Shown here piece after piece: positions 8,892 to 18,412 of a stretch of DNA of 64,000 nt. The notes below the pieces were generated by a model. It did not search any database, was not told the origin of the DNA, and saw nothing but the letters and a program-made list of their open reading frames with translations. Each line of letters begins with the position of its first letter. The stretch's first letter is position 1. Position numbers and translations under genes: made by a program. Source of the stretch: Dehalococcoidia bacterium (GTDB lineage Bacteria > Chloroflexota > Dehalococcoidia > UBA6926); NCBI GenBank assembly GCA_965224255.1, contig CBDCYO010000005.1, positions 1,035,771-1,099,770 of the forward strand, read 5' to 3'.

Positions 8892-10031
8892 TTACCACTG
8901 GACGAACATGGGCATGACGACGTGGACGTATTCTGTACCCTCGTCGGTGGAGGCTGGGCGGATGGTACCTGGACTGGAGGGGCCGGAGACTTCAAGCGTT
9001 GCCGTTGAGTTCAAAACGGACAGCACATCCTCCAGATAGCGGTGGTTGAAGGCGATATGAGCCTCCTCTCCGCCGATGGTAGCGTCTATGGTTCCCTCGT
9101 GATCGCCGATCTGGTCGGAGCGAGCCTCGAGCCGCAGTGTTCCGGCCATCTCATTCTCCCCCGGCGTCATATAGAGCCGAACGATTCCGTTGCCCTCCCG
9201 CGCGAAGACGGACGCGGTCTTGGCCGCACGCAGGAAGTCGGACACGTCCACGGACGTCTTGGTTGTCGAGGATTCCGGAATGAGCTGCCGATAGTTGGGG
9301 AAGTTCCCCTGGATCAGCTGCGAGCCGATGACGACGTTATTCAGGTGGAACTGAACCTGTGTCTTGGCCTGGTTGATTGTGATTCTGACGGGCATTTCCT
9401 GTTCTGACAGCATTCGATTCAGTTCCCGTAGGGAGCGGGCGGGGATGATGAGATCCACGGCCTCAGTGGCCTGCTGGGGCAAGTGCGTCGTCTGCACGGC
9501 AAGACGGAATCCGTCCGCCGCCGCCATGGTGATGGTGTCTCCTTCGATGGAGGTGTGGATGCCCGTCAGGACGGGGCGGGAATCCTCCGTCGCCGCCGCG
9601 ATGATGACACGATCGATTCCCGCACGCATCACATCAGGCGGAACCTCGGCTGTGACACCATCCTCCACGATGGGTGTCGGCGGGAAGTCATCTGCGTCAA
9701 GACCGCTCACGTGTGTGTTGAATCGTCCGGAGATCACCTGTAGCTGCCGTGTTTCTGGGTTGAGCTCAAGATCAACCCGGTCACGCTGGAGGGATGAAAT
9801 ATAGTCAGAGAACAGGCGTGCGGGAATCGCAACTGCGCCCTGGTTTTCAATGCTGGCGCTAATCCAGCAGGAGATGGATAGCTCCAGGTTTGTAGCGGTA
9901 AGTCGCAGGCGGGATTCATCTGTCTGTAGCATCACATGTGTAGTGATGGGCATCGTCGTCCGCGTTGCAACCGCCGGCATGACCGTGGCGAGTCCGCGCG
10001 CAAGATTCTCCTGGAGAACCGAGAATTTCAT
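8892..10031 (-). CDS. dnaN: DNA polymerase III beta clamp
   Basis: LTATNLE, SRPVLTG, AADGFRLA, GNFPNYRQLIP, IAFNHRYL, C-terminal VVMPM. Confidence 0.97.
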   Translation of the reverse strand: MKFSVLQENLARGLATVMPAVATRTTMPITTHVMLQTDESRLRLTATNLELSISCWISASIENQGAVAIPARLFSDYISSLQRDRVDLELNPETRQLQVISGRFNTHVSGLDADDFPPTPIVEDGVTAEVPPDVMRAGIDRVIIAAATEDSRPVLTGIHTSIEGDTITMAAADGFRLAVQTTHLPQQATEAVDLIIPARSLRELNRMLSEQEMPVRITINQAKTQVQFHLNNVVIGSQLIQGNFPNYRQLIPESSTTKTSVDVSDFLRAAKTASVFAREGNGIVRLYMTPGENEMAGTLRLEARSDQIGDHEGTIDATIGGEEAHIAFNHRYLEDVLSVLNSTATLEVSGPSSPGTIRPASTDEGTEYVHVVMPMFVQW

Positions 10032-10133
10032 TGAAACATGTCTCCCTGAACGGGGCCGAAGCCCCCCCTACCCCATGCTGTGCGAGTATGTCGCGTTGAA
10101 AGGATAGCAGTCAAGCCCGAACCACGTTGGGCA

Positions 10134-10148
10134 TTGTATCTAGTACAA
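10134..10148. promoter_or_regulatory. palindromic operator-like site between divergent dnaN and FAA-hydrolase genes
   Basis: TTGTA-TCTAG-TACAA inverted repeat in an AT-rich patch. Confidence 0.35.
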
Positions 10149-10301
10149 ATCTGTCTGGAATCATCGCATGTTGTGGGCGGTTCCATGCGTGCACCACGCG
10201 CCATGGCATAGAGGCGTGGCGTACTCAGCGCACAGAGGAGTCCGTACACGCTATGATGCTACGGAACACAGGTGGGACGACTGCATGCAGGGGGGAACGG
10301 C

Positions 10302-11195
10302 ATGAAACTGGTGATGTACAACGATTATCGGCCCGGCCTGCTCGTCGATGACAACATCATCGGCCTGGGGGCTTTGGCGGACGACCATATGGGACCTCAC
10401 GTCGAGGACGTGATGATCAACCTCATCGAGGACTTTGCGTCCGTACGCGATGATCTTGAGGATCTGGCGCACTCCGGGCGCGGCGTGCCCATATCCTCCG
10501 TCCAGCTCCGCGCGCCGCTGCCACGTCCGCGGAAGCTGATCTGCTGCTTCGGGAACTACAAGGAAGGGCAGGATCGGGATGCCTTCCCCATCGATATGTT
10601 CCTCAAGTCTCCTGAGGCGGTCATTGGACCCGGTGACACCGTGGTGTTGCCAAACACACCGTTTACCATCTGCCACCATGAGGCGGAATTGGCGCTCGTC
10701 ATCGGAAAGCGCAGTAAGGCCGTCTCTCAGGCGGACGCGATGGATTCCATCTTCGGCTACACGGCCTTCATGGACGTGTCGCCCCGGGCCGGCATTGGCC
10801 GCGGACCGACAATGATCCAGAAATCGTACGACACATGCGCACCCATGGGGCCGTGCATCGTCACGGCGGACGAGATCGCGGACCCACACCAGCTGGCTGT
10901 CCAGTACTGGGTGGATGATCAGCCCCGCCACGATTACAACACGAACGATCTGGAACACACGATTCCAGAGCTTATCGAGTGGGCGACAAAGGTGATGACT
11001 CTGCTGCCCGGCGACGTGATCGCGCTTGGTACGAACCATCAGGGCATTGGCCCGCTTCAAGACGGCGAAACCGGAACCATTGAGATTCAGGGCATCGGCG
11101 CCTTCAGCATCAAGGTGATGGACCCGAATAAGCGCGACTGGCCGAAAGAGATCGACCAGGAGATGGCGGGCCGGGTTCGTGAGGCGCGCCCGTAG
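10302..11195 (+). CDS. fumarylacetoacetate hydrolase family protein
   Basis: KLICCFGNY, FLKSP, HEAELALVIGK, KSYDTCAPMGP, LLPGDVIALGT. Confidence 0.93.
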   Translation: MKLVMYNDYRPGLLVDDNIIGLGALADDHMGPHVEDVMINLIEDFASVRDDLEDLAHSGRGVPISSVQLRAPLPRPRKLICCFGNYKEGQDRDAFPIDMFLKSPEAVIGPGDTVVLPNTPFTICHHEAELALVIGKRSKAVSQADAMDSIFGYTAFMDVSPRAGIGRGPTMIQKSYDTCAPMGPCIVTADEIADPHQLAVQYWVDDQPRHDYNTNDLEHTIPELIEWATKVMTLLPGDVIALGTNHQGIGPLQDGETGTIEIQGIGAFSIKVMDPNKRDWPKEIDQEMAGRVREARP

Positions 11196-11252
11196 CAGTC
11201 TGAGGCAAGGGGGCCGTCTCGACAGACGAGCCCCCGCCACCATGGCGCCATC

Positions 11253-12380
11253 GTGAGTTCATCCGCCTCCCCCGCCGTGACAACACGTATTCCGTACTCC
11301 GTGCTGAGGGATTTTGCGGTGTCTGTGTTTGCTGCGCTGGGGGTGGGCGATGAGGACGCCGCGAACGCCGCCAACACGCTTATTGAGGCAGACCTGCGCG
11401 GCATCGGCTCCCACGGCATGGCGCGACTGGACAGATTCTACGTGCGCACGCTTGAGACTGGGTTGGTCAATCCGCGTCCGGAGTGGATTGTCCATGCAGA
11501 GTCACCCTCGACAGCGACGATTGACGCTGGCGGTGGCTTGGGGCTGAGCGTTGGCGTTCGCGCGATGGATATGGCCATTGAGAAGGCGCGTGCGGTTGGA
11601 TCGGGCTGGGTAACGGTCGCAAACAGCCGCCATTTTGGGGCGGCAGGCGTGTACGCCACGCGTGCACTGGGACACGACATGATCGGCATCAGCATGACGA
11701 ATACCGGCCCGATCGTCCTGCCGGCTGGCGGAGCGGAGCCACGTCTCGGATCAAACCCCATTGCCGTCGCCGTTCCAACGTCTGATGGCACCCCGTTCAT
11801 CTTTGACGCTGCGACGTCCGTCGTCTCCGCGGGCACGTTTGACACGTACCATCGGCAGGGGAAACTGGCACCCGTGGGGTGGGGGCTAACGGAAGACCTG
11901 CAGCCACTGAGAGATCCGGCGCGGGGTCCGGGCGGGCGCCGTCTTCTCCCACTCGGCAGTGATTTAGAGCACGCGTCGTACAAGGGCTACGGATTGGGCA
12001 TGATCGTAGATATCCTGTGCGGGATGCTATCCGGCATGGGGCCGGGACTTGCCATCGCCGGGTCCGGGCAGGCAGGCGGTTACCAATCTGCTCACTTCTT
12101 TGGGGCGCTGCGTATCGATGCGTTCACGGACCCGTCATCCTTCAAACAGGCAATGTCCGAGTACATGGACACGCTTCGTGAAACACCGCCGCTGCCGGGT
12201 GTGGATGCCGTACGTGTGCCGGGCGACATCGAGGCTGAAACGATCCGTGAACGCAAGAAGAACGGGATAGCTCTGTACGAGGACTCCGTGCAAAGCCTGC
12301 GGGACGTGGCGCAGCGGCTGGGCCTACGCCTGGATATTGAGCCATATCTCGCATCCCTGGCGGGAGAGTCAGAATCATAG
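11253..12380 (+). CDS. Ldh_2 (malate/L-sulfolactate/ureidoglycolate dehydrogenase) family oxidoreductase
   Basis: ADLRGIGSHG, NSRHFGAAG, GSNPIA, FDAATS, YKGYGL. Confidence 0.92.
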   Translation: MSSSASPAVTTRIPYSVLRDFAVSVFAALGVGDEDAANAANTLIEADLRGIGSHGMARLDRFYVRTLETGLVNPRPEWIVHAESPSTATIDAGGGLGLSVGVRAMDMAIEKARAVGSGWVTVANSRHFGAAGVYATRALGHDMIGISMTNTGPIVLPAGGAEPRLGSNPIAVAVPTSDGTPFIFDAATSVVSAGTFDTYHRQGKLAPVGWGLTEDLQPLRDPARGPGGRRLLPLGSDLEHASYKGYGLGMIVDILCGMLSGMGPGLAIAGSGQAGGYQSAHFFGALRIDAFTDPSSFKQAMSEYMDTLRETPPLPGVDAVRVPGDIEAETIRERKKNGIALYEDSVQSLRDVAQRLGLRLDIEPYLASLAGESES

Positions 12381-12394
12381 GGGGAGGACAGGAC

Positions 12395-13216
12395 ATGCCA
12401 CATGCACAAGCCAACGATGTTGAGATCTTCTATGAGCTTTTCGGGGATCCATCCAAGCCCACGTTTGTCATGACGCACGGGTTGGGCGGACATGGCCGCG
12501 GCTACGAGGAGCAGATTGAGCCATTCTCTCGCGAGTTCCAGCTTCTATTGTGGGACATGCGCGGGTTCGGGCAATCGGAACGCGTTCCGGTGACGGAGGG
12601 CGCGTACTCCCGTTGGACACATGCCAAGGATTTATCTGAGTTGCTCATAGCACTGGGAATTGGAGCAGCTCACATCCATGGCCACTCCCTGGGCGGACTC
12701 GTCTCTCAGCAATTCGCGTTGGATTATCCTGAGCAGACGCTGTCACTCGTTATTCAGGACACATCCGCTGAGATCAAGCAAGAGTACCTGGACGGTTGGG
12801 GTGATATGCTCGCCACCGTGCGAGAAAAGGGCATCGGCGCGCTACCGAGCAACCCTCGCCGCGGCTGGGGAGACAAATACATCGCTGACCATGGTGACGA
12901 CATCGAACGACGGCGCGCCGAGTCTGCGGAGCGTAACGCGGCTGAGGTGTATGCGGAGGGTGTCCGCATCTCCGGCCCAGAGCTATCACAGCAGCCCCTC
13001 GCACCGGAGCTCGGCAGGATCACATGCCCTGTTCTCGTCATCTGCGGCGATGAGGATCGCACCACCCCGCCCGGCGGGCTTGTCCGCATCCACCGGGCAA
13101 TCCCGCAATCCAAGCTCGTTATCATCCCCGGTGCGGGACATTTCCCAAACGTGGAAACGACGGAGCAGTACAACGAGGAAATCCTCACCTTCCTGCGGGA
13201 GGCGAGCGCGGAGTAG
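12395..13216 (+). CDS. alpha/beta hydrolase
   Basis: HGLGG, DMRGFGQS, GHSLGG nucleophile elbow, GAGHFPN. Confidence 0.92.
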   Translation: MPHAQANDVEIFYELFGDPSKPTFVMTHGLGGHGRGYEEQIEPFSREFQLLLWDMRGFGQSERVPVTEGAYSRWTHAKDLSELLIALGIGAAHIHGHSLGGLVSQQFALDYPEQTLSLVIQDTSAEIKQEYLDGWGDMLATVREKGIGALPSNPRRGWGDKYIADHGDDIERRRAESAERNAAEVYAEGVRISGPELSQQPLAPELGRITCPVLVICGDEDRTTPPGGLVRIHRAIPQSKLVIIPGAGHFPNVETTEQYNEEILTFLREASAE

Positions 13217-13412
13217 TGCCCAATTGGAATTGCCATAGAGCCGGACCATAAAACCGCCGTTCACCTGCATGCTCCCGTGGGGTGCGTAAGCGAAAAGGCT
13301 GCCGAAAGAGTATGCTTATCGTGTTCCGGCAACAGATTACTAGCCGCTGCCACGCGTTTCGGCGTCAACTGGAGTCCGGGATAGAGGCATCATAGACGGA
13401 GAGGACCGGGCG

Positions 13413-13682
13413 ATGAGAATATATGTTGGAAATTTGAGTTTTCAGGCGACGGACACGGATTTGCAGGACATTTTCGCGCAGCACGGCGAAGTCATGTCTG
13501 CGCAGGTTGTCATTGATCGTTACTCCATGCGATCCCGTGGCTTCGGATTCGTCGAAATGGCGAACGACTCCGAAGCGGAGGCGGCCATCGCCGCCCTCAA
13601 CGGGCACGAGCATCAGGGCAGGCAACTCACAGTGAACGAGGCGCGCGACCGCCGCGATGGCGGTGACAACCGCCGCACCTAG
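13413..13682 (+). CDS. RRM RNA-binding protein
   Basis: RNP2 IYVGNL and RNP1 RGFGFVEM. Confidence 0.95.
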   Translation: MRIYVGNLSFQATDTDLQDIFAQHGEVMSAQVVIDRYSMRSRGFGFVEMANDSEAEAAIAALNGHEHQGRQLTVNEARDRRDGGDNRRT

Positions 13683-13721
13683 CCAAGCCCCCTGCCTCGC
13701 CGCCCCAGCCGCAACGCCCAC

Positions 13722-13880
13722 TGCCTACTCTGTGGAAACGCAGAGGCGCGCGCGGCGAAAACAACTCTGGCCGCCATAGCCAGAACGCGTAGTGCCTACT
13801 CTGTGGAAACGCAGAGGCGCGCGCGGCGAAAACAACTCTGGCCGCCATAGCCGGAACGCGTAGTGCCAACTCGGTGGAAG
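13722..13880. repeat. 71-bp tandem duplication (two near-identical copies plus a degenerate start of a third)
   Basis: Units start at 13722, 13793 and 13864; copies 1 and 2 differ at one position (cagaac/cggaac). Confidence 0.9.
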
Positions 13881-13907
13881 ACCGAACAAACTCGCGAAGC
13901 TAAAAAT

Positions 13908-13984
13908 TGGTCGGGGCGCCCAGATTTGAACTGGGGACCTCCGCGTCCCGAACGCGGCGCGCTGCCATGCTGCGCTACGCCCCG
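13908..13984 (-). tRNA. tRNA-Pro (CGG)
   Basis: Reverse complement CGGGGCGTAGCGCAGC...CCGCG-TT-CGG-GA-CGCGG...GTTCAAATC...CGCCCCGACCA; 77 nt with encoded CCA. Confidence 0.97.
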
Positions 13985-14106
13985 ACCGATCGTGGGAATC
14001 CGGCACCCACCGAACTCATTTGAGTATAGGGTAAACGGCGCACAGCGTGTGCGGGAGGGATACGAGCGCGTCCCCGGGGGAAGCCGTAGCGGGGAAGAGC
14101 GCCGCG

Positions 14107-14856
14107 CTAGTGGCCGAGAATCGAGAGCGCGATCGGTTCAAGGACGCGGTTAACCTCTTCATCGAGCTCATTCTGAGAATAATGGACGGGTTGTTTGGCG
14201 GCGCCAGGTCCGCGCCCTCGCCACCGCTTGGCGAGCGCCTTTGCCATCGTCTCGAAGTTCTTTGTGGCAGTCAGAAGCCCACGTTCAGTCTCCCCATGCC
14301 GCAGTAGCCATCCATGTAAGGCGTTTCGCATCTTGATGTGGCTGCTAGGTCTGCGCCGATGCAACTCATTGGCATTGCTCAACGAGGAACCGAAGGTGAG
14401 CCTCGCCTCCTCAAGTTCCTGCTCCTGCAGCCACAGGCCCCGGCTAAACACATCGTGCTCGATCCTCTGTGGGTCAGATTTTCGATTTGGAATAAGCTCG
14501 CGCCAACCTGGTTCCGAGGCGCCGTCTGCCCGAACGCCAAGCCTGCACTTTCGCGCTACCGCCAGCCACAGCTGGTTCAGCTCATCAGGTTCCAAGTACT
14601 GTGATTTCGAGAGGTTCGAGTCAGCTAAAGCTCGGCCAAGGGACCACCGCCTGCCAAAAGACTGCTGCCCAGCCTTTGCATCGGGCACGCTTGACGCGAG
14701 CGCTGTCGCTTGGTCCAACATTTGGTCTATTTCCTCATCCAATGCCTCAGCGTCGGTGCGGTACCGCTCACCTCTGAAGCTATCGCTGCGGGATGTCTCA
14801 ACCTCATTGGTCAGCACATCATCGCTCGTCAGGCTCCAAATCTTCACTGGCATCAC
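14107..14856 (-). CDS. hypothetical protein, third gene of GHKL cassette
   Basis: 249 aa; start overlaps the stop of the upstream GHKL gene (ATGTGATG); no family recognised. Confidence 0.8.
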   Translation of the reverse strand: MMPVKIWSLTSDDVLTNEVETSRSDSFRGERYRTDAEALDEEIDQMLDQATALASSVPDAKAGQQSFGRRWSLGRALADSNLSKSQYLEPDELNQLWLAVARKCRLGVRADGASEPGWRELIPNRKSDPQRIEHDVFSRGLWLQEQELEEARLTFGSSLSNANELHRRRPSSHIKMRNALHGWLLRHGETERGLLTATKNFETMAKALAKRWRGRGPGAAKQPVHYSQNELDEEVNRVLEPIALSILGH

Positions 14857-17414
14857 ATGCGCCCCTCAAACAGACTCAATGAAAGGGCGGCGCACTCTCT
14901 GACGAGCTGCCCGTACTTGCCCACCTGCTCTTGGCTCCGGCGCAGTCTCCCTAACTCCCTCATCTTTTCGCAATAGATATCCCAAAGAGCAGCATCGGCA
15001 GGCTCTCGACGGCCATCCAATAGTTCGTCCAAACGGGACGAGTCACCAGCGTCCAGCGGCTCCATCACCCATTCGATTATTCCTTCAGCACAGACATCGA
15101 TTACAAACGCGGAGACACCTGAAAATTGACTCCCATTTCGGCTAGGATTTGCGGCCAAGGCTCTGTGCAGTGGGTAACTGGGCGGATACTGCAATCTCCA
15201 GTCATCCTGCTTGTCCTTGTTGAATTGCCAGCGCGGGTGTTGCCCGCCATCGATCTGTTCAATGGCGAAGGGAGGCCAGCCCTGCTCTCGAGAGGGGTCA
15301 ACCTCAACGTGCACTCTACGGCCAGCATGCGCGACAACTTCCCCGTTGAGGAGTAGGTCAGCGTTTAGAGTGTGGATGCCCTCTTCTAGAGTGACGGACT
15401 GCCGTTCGTCCTGTGTCGTCGGGTTGACTACGATCTGTTGCTGGAACCCGGCTACTGGGACAGGAGTGGCGCCGGGAGCTGTTCCGTCTGCTTGCACCTG
15501 CTCCTCTTTCACGAGCGTGGATGCTCCCAGGCTCGCGTCTAAGATAAGTGTCTGAGGTTCCGGGGTGTGGTTCTTAATGCTTATTTGCACACCAATGGTG
15601 TCGCCATTGTTTATGCGCCGCCGTTCCTGTCGAGTCGTGTGATTCTCTAAAGATATTGAAATCGTGTAGGGGTTGCTGTCGTAGGCTGGAGGCTCCTCTC
15701 CCACATAGAAAGTGCGCGTCGTTTTGACAACCTGAGTTCCATTGGTTTCGACCCGCGCTGTGAGTTGGTACTTCCCACGCTGTGCGCACTGTAGTTTCCC
15801 GTGTGCGGACCTCCCAGTGATCACCTGGAAGTCCCCGAAGCGCACGATCGCCTCGCCGTTCCACAATTGTAGCTCTCTATTCCCAATCGGGACGACTGCG
15901 GCTCTGCCATCGGCGTATTCTAACTCCAGCGACACGCTGGAGGGCGCCAAGTCGCGCGGAGGGTCCAGCCGCACCCGAGCCTCAACGTTCCTGAGATATT
16001 GTCCCCAATCCACTCGCGCGGAATCTGCAACGGGGAAATCGAGACTTAGGTCGCACTCCCAACGGTCTGCTCTTGGCAGATCCATCATAGGTTTCGATGC
16101 CTCAGAGGAACCTCTCCCGTTGCCGGAGTCACGCCGTGCCTTGGGGTTCATGAAACGTAGGAAATCCATGGCGGCGTCAACCTCACTCCCAGGTGCGGGA
16201 CGGACCGATGCCAGATTGGCCCAGTTCTGCTCCTCAGCGAACTTGCGCACCTTCTCCTCGATTGCATTGACAAGCGCTTTGACGCCCGTCACGCGCAGAT
16301 CGAAATGTTCGTGCTGTGTGCCCTCAGCACTGCGAAGTACCCGCTCAGTGCGCTTGTCAAACTCCACAAAGCCCCGGAAACCAGGCCTCTTGTCCCGAGG
16401 AATGTAGTCGCCCAGTGTGTTAGATCCTAGCGTCTCAATCCACTGCTGACCCCGGAGCAACTGGACTCCCCAGAACTGGGGATCGGAGCCATCAATATCA
16501 GTCTCGCTAAGAGACTCGTCGTAAAAAAGGACGATGCGTTTGATCTTTAGAGCGCCTAAGACCTTAATGTTCTCTTCAGCACGGAGTCCGGGCGTGGACA
16601 TCTTCCACGGTTCGTCCTGCCACCAGGAAGGAACTGTCACAGTGTCCCTAGCGCCATTCTCGTCGACCAAGTCTATAGTCAGCCCTGTTTGCACTGCTCG
16701 CCACCAGCAGCGTTGGAGCCACTTTAGGAGTTCGCCTGAGCGGAAGGCCTCAACTGCCGTGGTAGAAAGAAATGGCATGATTACGCGAGTACCAACCTGC
16801 GTCAGCGGCTCAAGCATTAGGTTGATTTCCAATCCGTGTTCCGTATAGCTCTCCCTAACAACTCTCCGCGCCTCATCGCCGGATAGTGGGGGGTTCTGTA
16901 CAACGTCGCTGGGTTTGGCGTAGCGCATGCCCAAGCGATACTCATTGTTGGCCAATAAAGTGTCGTAGAGCATAATCATCCGCTCCTGGCCGGATGAAGC
17001 ACTTACCTGAGGTAGTATCGAGTGGTAAAGATAGGCTGCTTTCCCTTGGCCACGTGACCCGAGGGACTCTTCACTACTCTTCTTGGTATACCCCATCCCC
17101 TCAAACGCAGCCCAATTCTCCCCCTCCGCCAGATAGTCTCCTTTAACCGTGTCGGAGCGGGGTGGAATGGGGCCTTGGAGGCCTGAGGTATTGGAATCCG
17201 TAATAGTCAACATGTAGACACCACCAGCGCCGCTTTGCTGCCGCCTGTGGAGCCTGTATTCAACACGGGCTGGGCGGCCGTTAATGGCAGCATCCTTGGA
17301 GTTCTGCACCGGCTCCTGCGCCAGCGCCCGCATGGGACCCATTCGATATCCATCCATGATATTCCGAACGCTGGTCACCATATTGGTGAGGGTTGGAACA
17401 AGCTGAGTTGTCAT
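14853..17414 (-). CDS. MORC/HSP90-like GHKL ATPase with C-terminal beta-rich domains
   Basis: QEPVQNSKDA (N box), ITDSNTSGL (G1), LGSRGQGK (G2), GTRV (G3); AGAGGA RBS. Confidence 0.8.
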   Translation of the reverse strand: MTTQLVPTLTNMVTSVRNIMDGYRMGPMRALAQEPVQNSKDAAINGRPARVEYRLHRRQQSGAGGVYMLTITDSNTSGLQGPIPPRSDTVKGDYLAEGENWAAFEGMGYTKKSSEESLGSRGQGKAAYLYHSILPQVSASSGQERMIMLYDTLLANNEYRLGMRYAKPSDVVQNPPLSGDEARRVVRESYTEHGLEINLMLEPLTQVGTRVIMPFLSTTAVEAFRSGELLKWLQRCWWRAVQTGLTIDLVDENGARDTVTVPSWWQDEPWKMSTPGLRAEENIKVLGALKIKRIVLFYDESLSETDIDGSDPQFWGVQLLRGQQWIETLGSNTLGDYIPRDKRPGFRGFVEFDKRTERVLRSAEGTQHEHFDLRVTGVKALVNAIEEKVRKFAEEQNWANLASVRPAPGSEVDAAMDFLRFMNPKARRDSGNGRGSSEASKPMMDLPRADRWECDLSLDFPVADSARVDWGQYLRNVEARVRLDPPRDLAPSSVSLELEYADGRAAVVPIGNRELQLWNGEAIVRFGDFQVITGRSAHGKLQCAQRGKYQLTARVETNGTQVVKTTRTFYVGEEPPAYDSNPYTISISLENHTTRQERRRINNGDTIGVQISIKNHTPEPQTLILDASLGASTLVKEEQVQADGTAPGATPVPVAGFQQQIVVNPTTQDERQSVTLEEGIHTLNADLLLNGEVVAHAGRRVHVEVDPSREQGWPPFAIEQIDGGQHPRWQFNKDKQDDWRLQYPPSYPLHRALAANPSRNGSQFSGVSAFVIDVCAEGIIEWVMEPLDAGDSSRLDELLDGRREPADAALWDIYCEKMRELGRLRRSQEQVGKYGQLVRECAALSLSLFEGRM

Positions 17415-17445
17415 ATGATTTCCTCTTTAATCTCCGCCCGTTGCG

Positions 17446-17925
17446 TCATGCCCGCCGCCGGGCAGAGCGCCGTCGTGCTCCCACATTCCGCGCCGTCGGG
17501 AAGTCCGCGCGCAGCCCGTAAAACCCCTTCGATGTCGGCCGCACAAAGCGGTCATCCAGCACTAAACGTGCGACCAGTGTTGCCCCTGGGGTGCTGCCAC
17601 TGATTTGGCCACCCAACCGCTCCACTTCCTTCGCTAAATCCTTGTAATACATCGGCTTCCCCCGGTGTTCGTGCAAGACCTGCGCCGCCAGATCCGCTAT
17701 GGACTCGCGTCTGGAAGGCGGTGTAGGGGATTCGAGGGTCGTCGCAGTGCGCACGTCAGAACTCGTTGGATGTGGAGTGCCACCCAGCAAGCCGTCCACG
17801 TGCCGCAGGCGTTCGATGATTCTGGTCAGGCGTTGCTCCGACTCAGTTATCAACGCCCGGACCTTCTCCAGTTCCTCCTGCAAGCTGCCCCTCTCATCTC
17901 GTAGGATTCGCTCTAACTCAGACAT
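17446..17925 (-). CDS. coiled-coil + HARE-HTH-like winged-helix protein
   Basis: Heptad N-terminus, then SIADLAAQVLHEHRGKPMYYKDLAKEV...TPGATLVARL..DDRFVR...GFYGL. ATG 17925 follows AGGAG; the 17976 ATG lies inside the promoter. Confidence 0.75.
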   Translation of the reverse strand: MSELERILRDERGSLQEELEKVRALITESEQRLTRIIERLRHVDGLLGGTPHPTSSDVRTATTLESPTPPSRRESIADLAAQVLHEHRGKPMYYKDLAKEVERLGGQISGSTPGATLVARLVLDDRFVRPTSKGFYGLRADFPTARNVGARRRSARRRA

Positions 17926-17967
17926 GTCATGTCTCCTGCCATCTGGTTCTACGTCGTGACAGTATTT

Positions 17968-17996
17968 TTTATACATCCTATTATTTATCGTGTCAA
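17968..17996 (-). promoter_or_regulatory. near-consensus sigma70 promoter of the GHKL cassette
   Basis: Minus strand TTGACA-17 bp-TATAAA in an AT-rich tract. Confidence 0.7.
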
Positions 17997-18186
17997 GGTT
18001 CTATTACAGATAGGCAGCGTGGATATTTGGAGTCTATCACGCCCGGAGAAGGCGCCGCAGAGCGAGACACTCATTCGGCAAATAGAAAGTGGGACCGTAA
18101 ATGCCACGTAGTGCCCCGCCATGGGGCGTCTGACTCGCCACCCCTCTCCCATACTTCAGGGAGGCGCGGGCAGCAGGCGTGGGGGA

Positions 18187-18411
18187 CTACATACGATTCG
18201 TGTGGCCGGCCGTGTGATAGATATCGCGAACTGCGAGGCCGATGTCATCCGGTCAACCTTCGGTGGTGCGGAGGTAGGAGTCCACGTCCCGCGTGTCCAT
18301 GAGGCGCGTAGCCGCCGCGCCGAAGAGAATCGTTGCCATCAATCGGCGAACTCGCCTGCTACCGTCGGCAAGGCGTTGCATGAGGCCGCGCCGTGCGCTG
18401 ACGGCGTTCAC
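18187..18411 (-). CDS. candidate small selenoprotein (in-frame UGA at 18255-18253)
   Basis: ...SYLRTTEG-UGA-PDDIGLAVRDIYHTAGHTNRM-TAG; coding-like codons on both sides of UGA; hairpin with G in loop downstream; selA present in window. Confidence 0.45.
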
Positions 18412-18412
18412 C

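Noticed and set aside
13908-18100. Classical tRNA-integrated element
   Set aside because: The cassette lies 5' of the tRNA; no integrase or duplicated tRNA 3' end was found.
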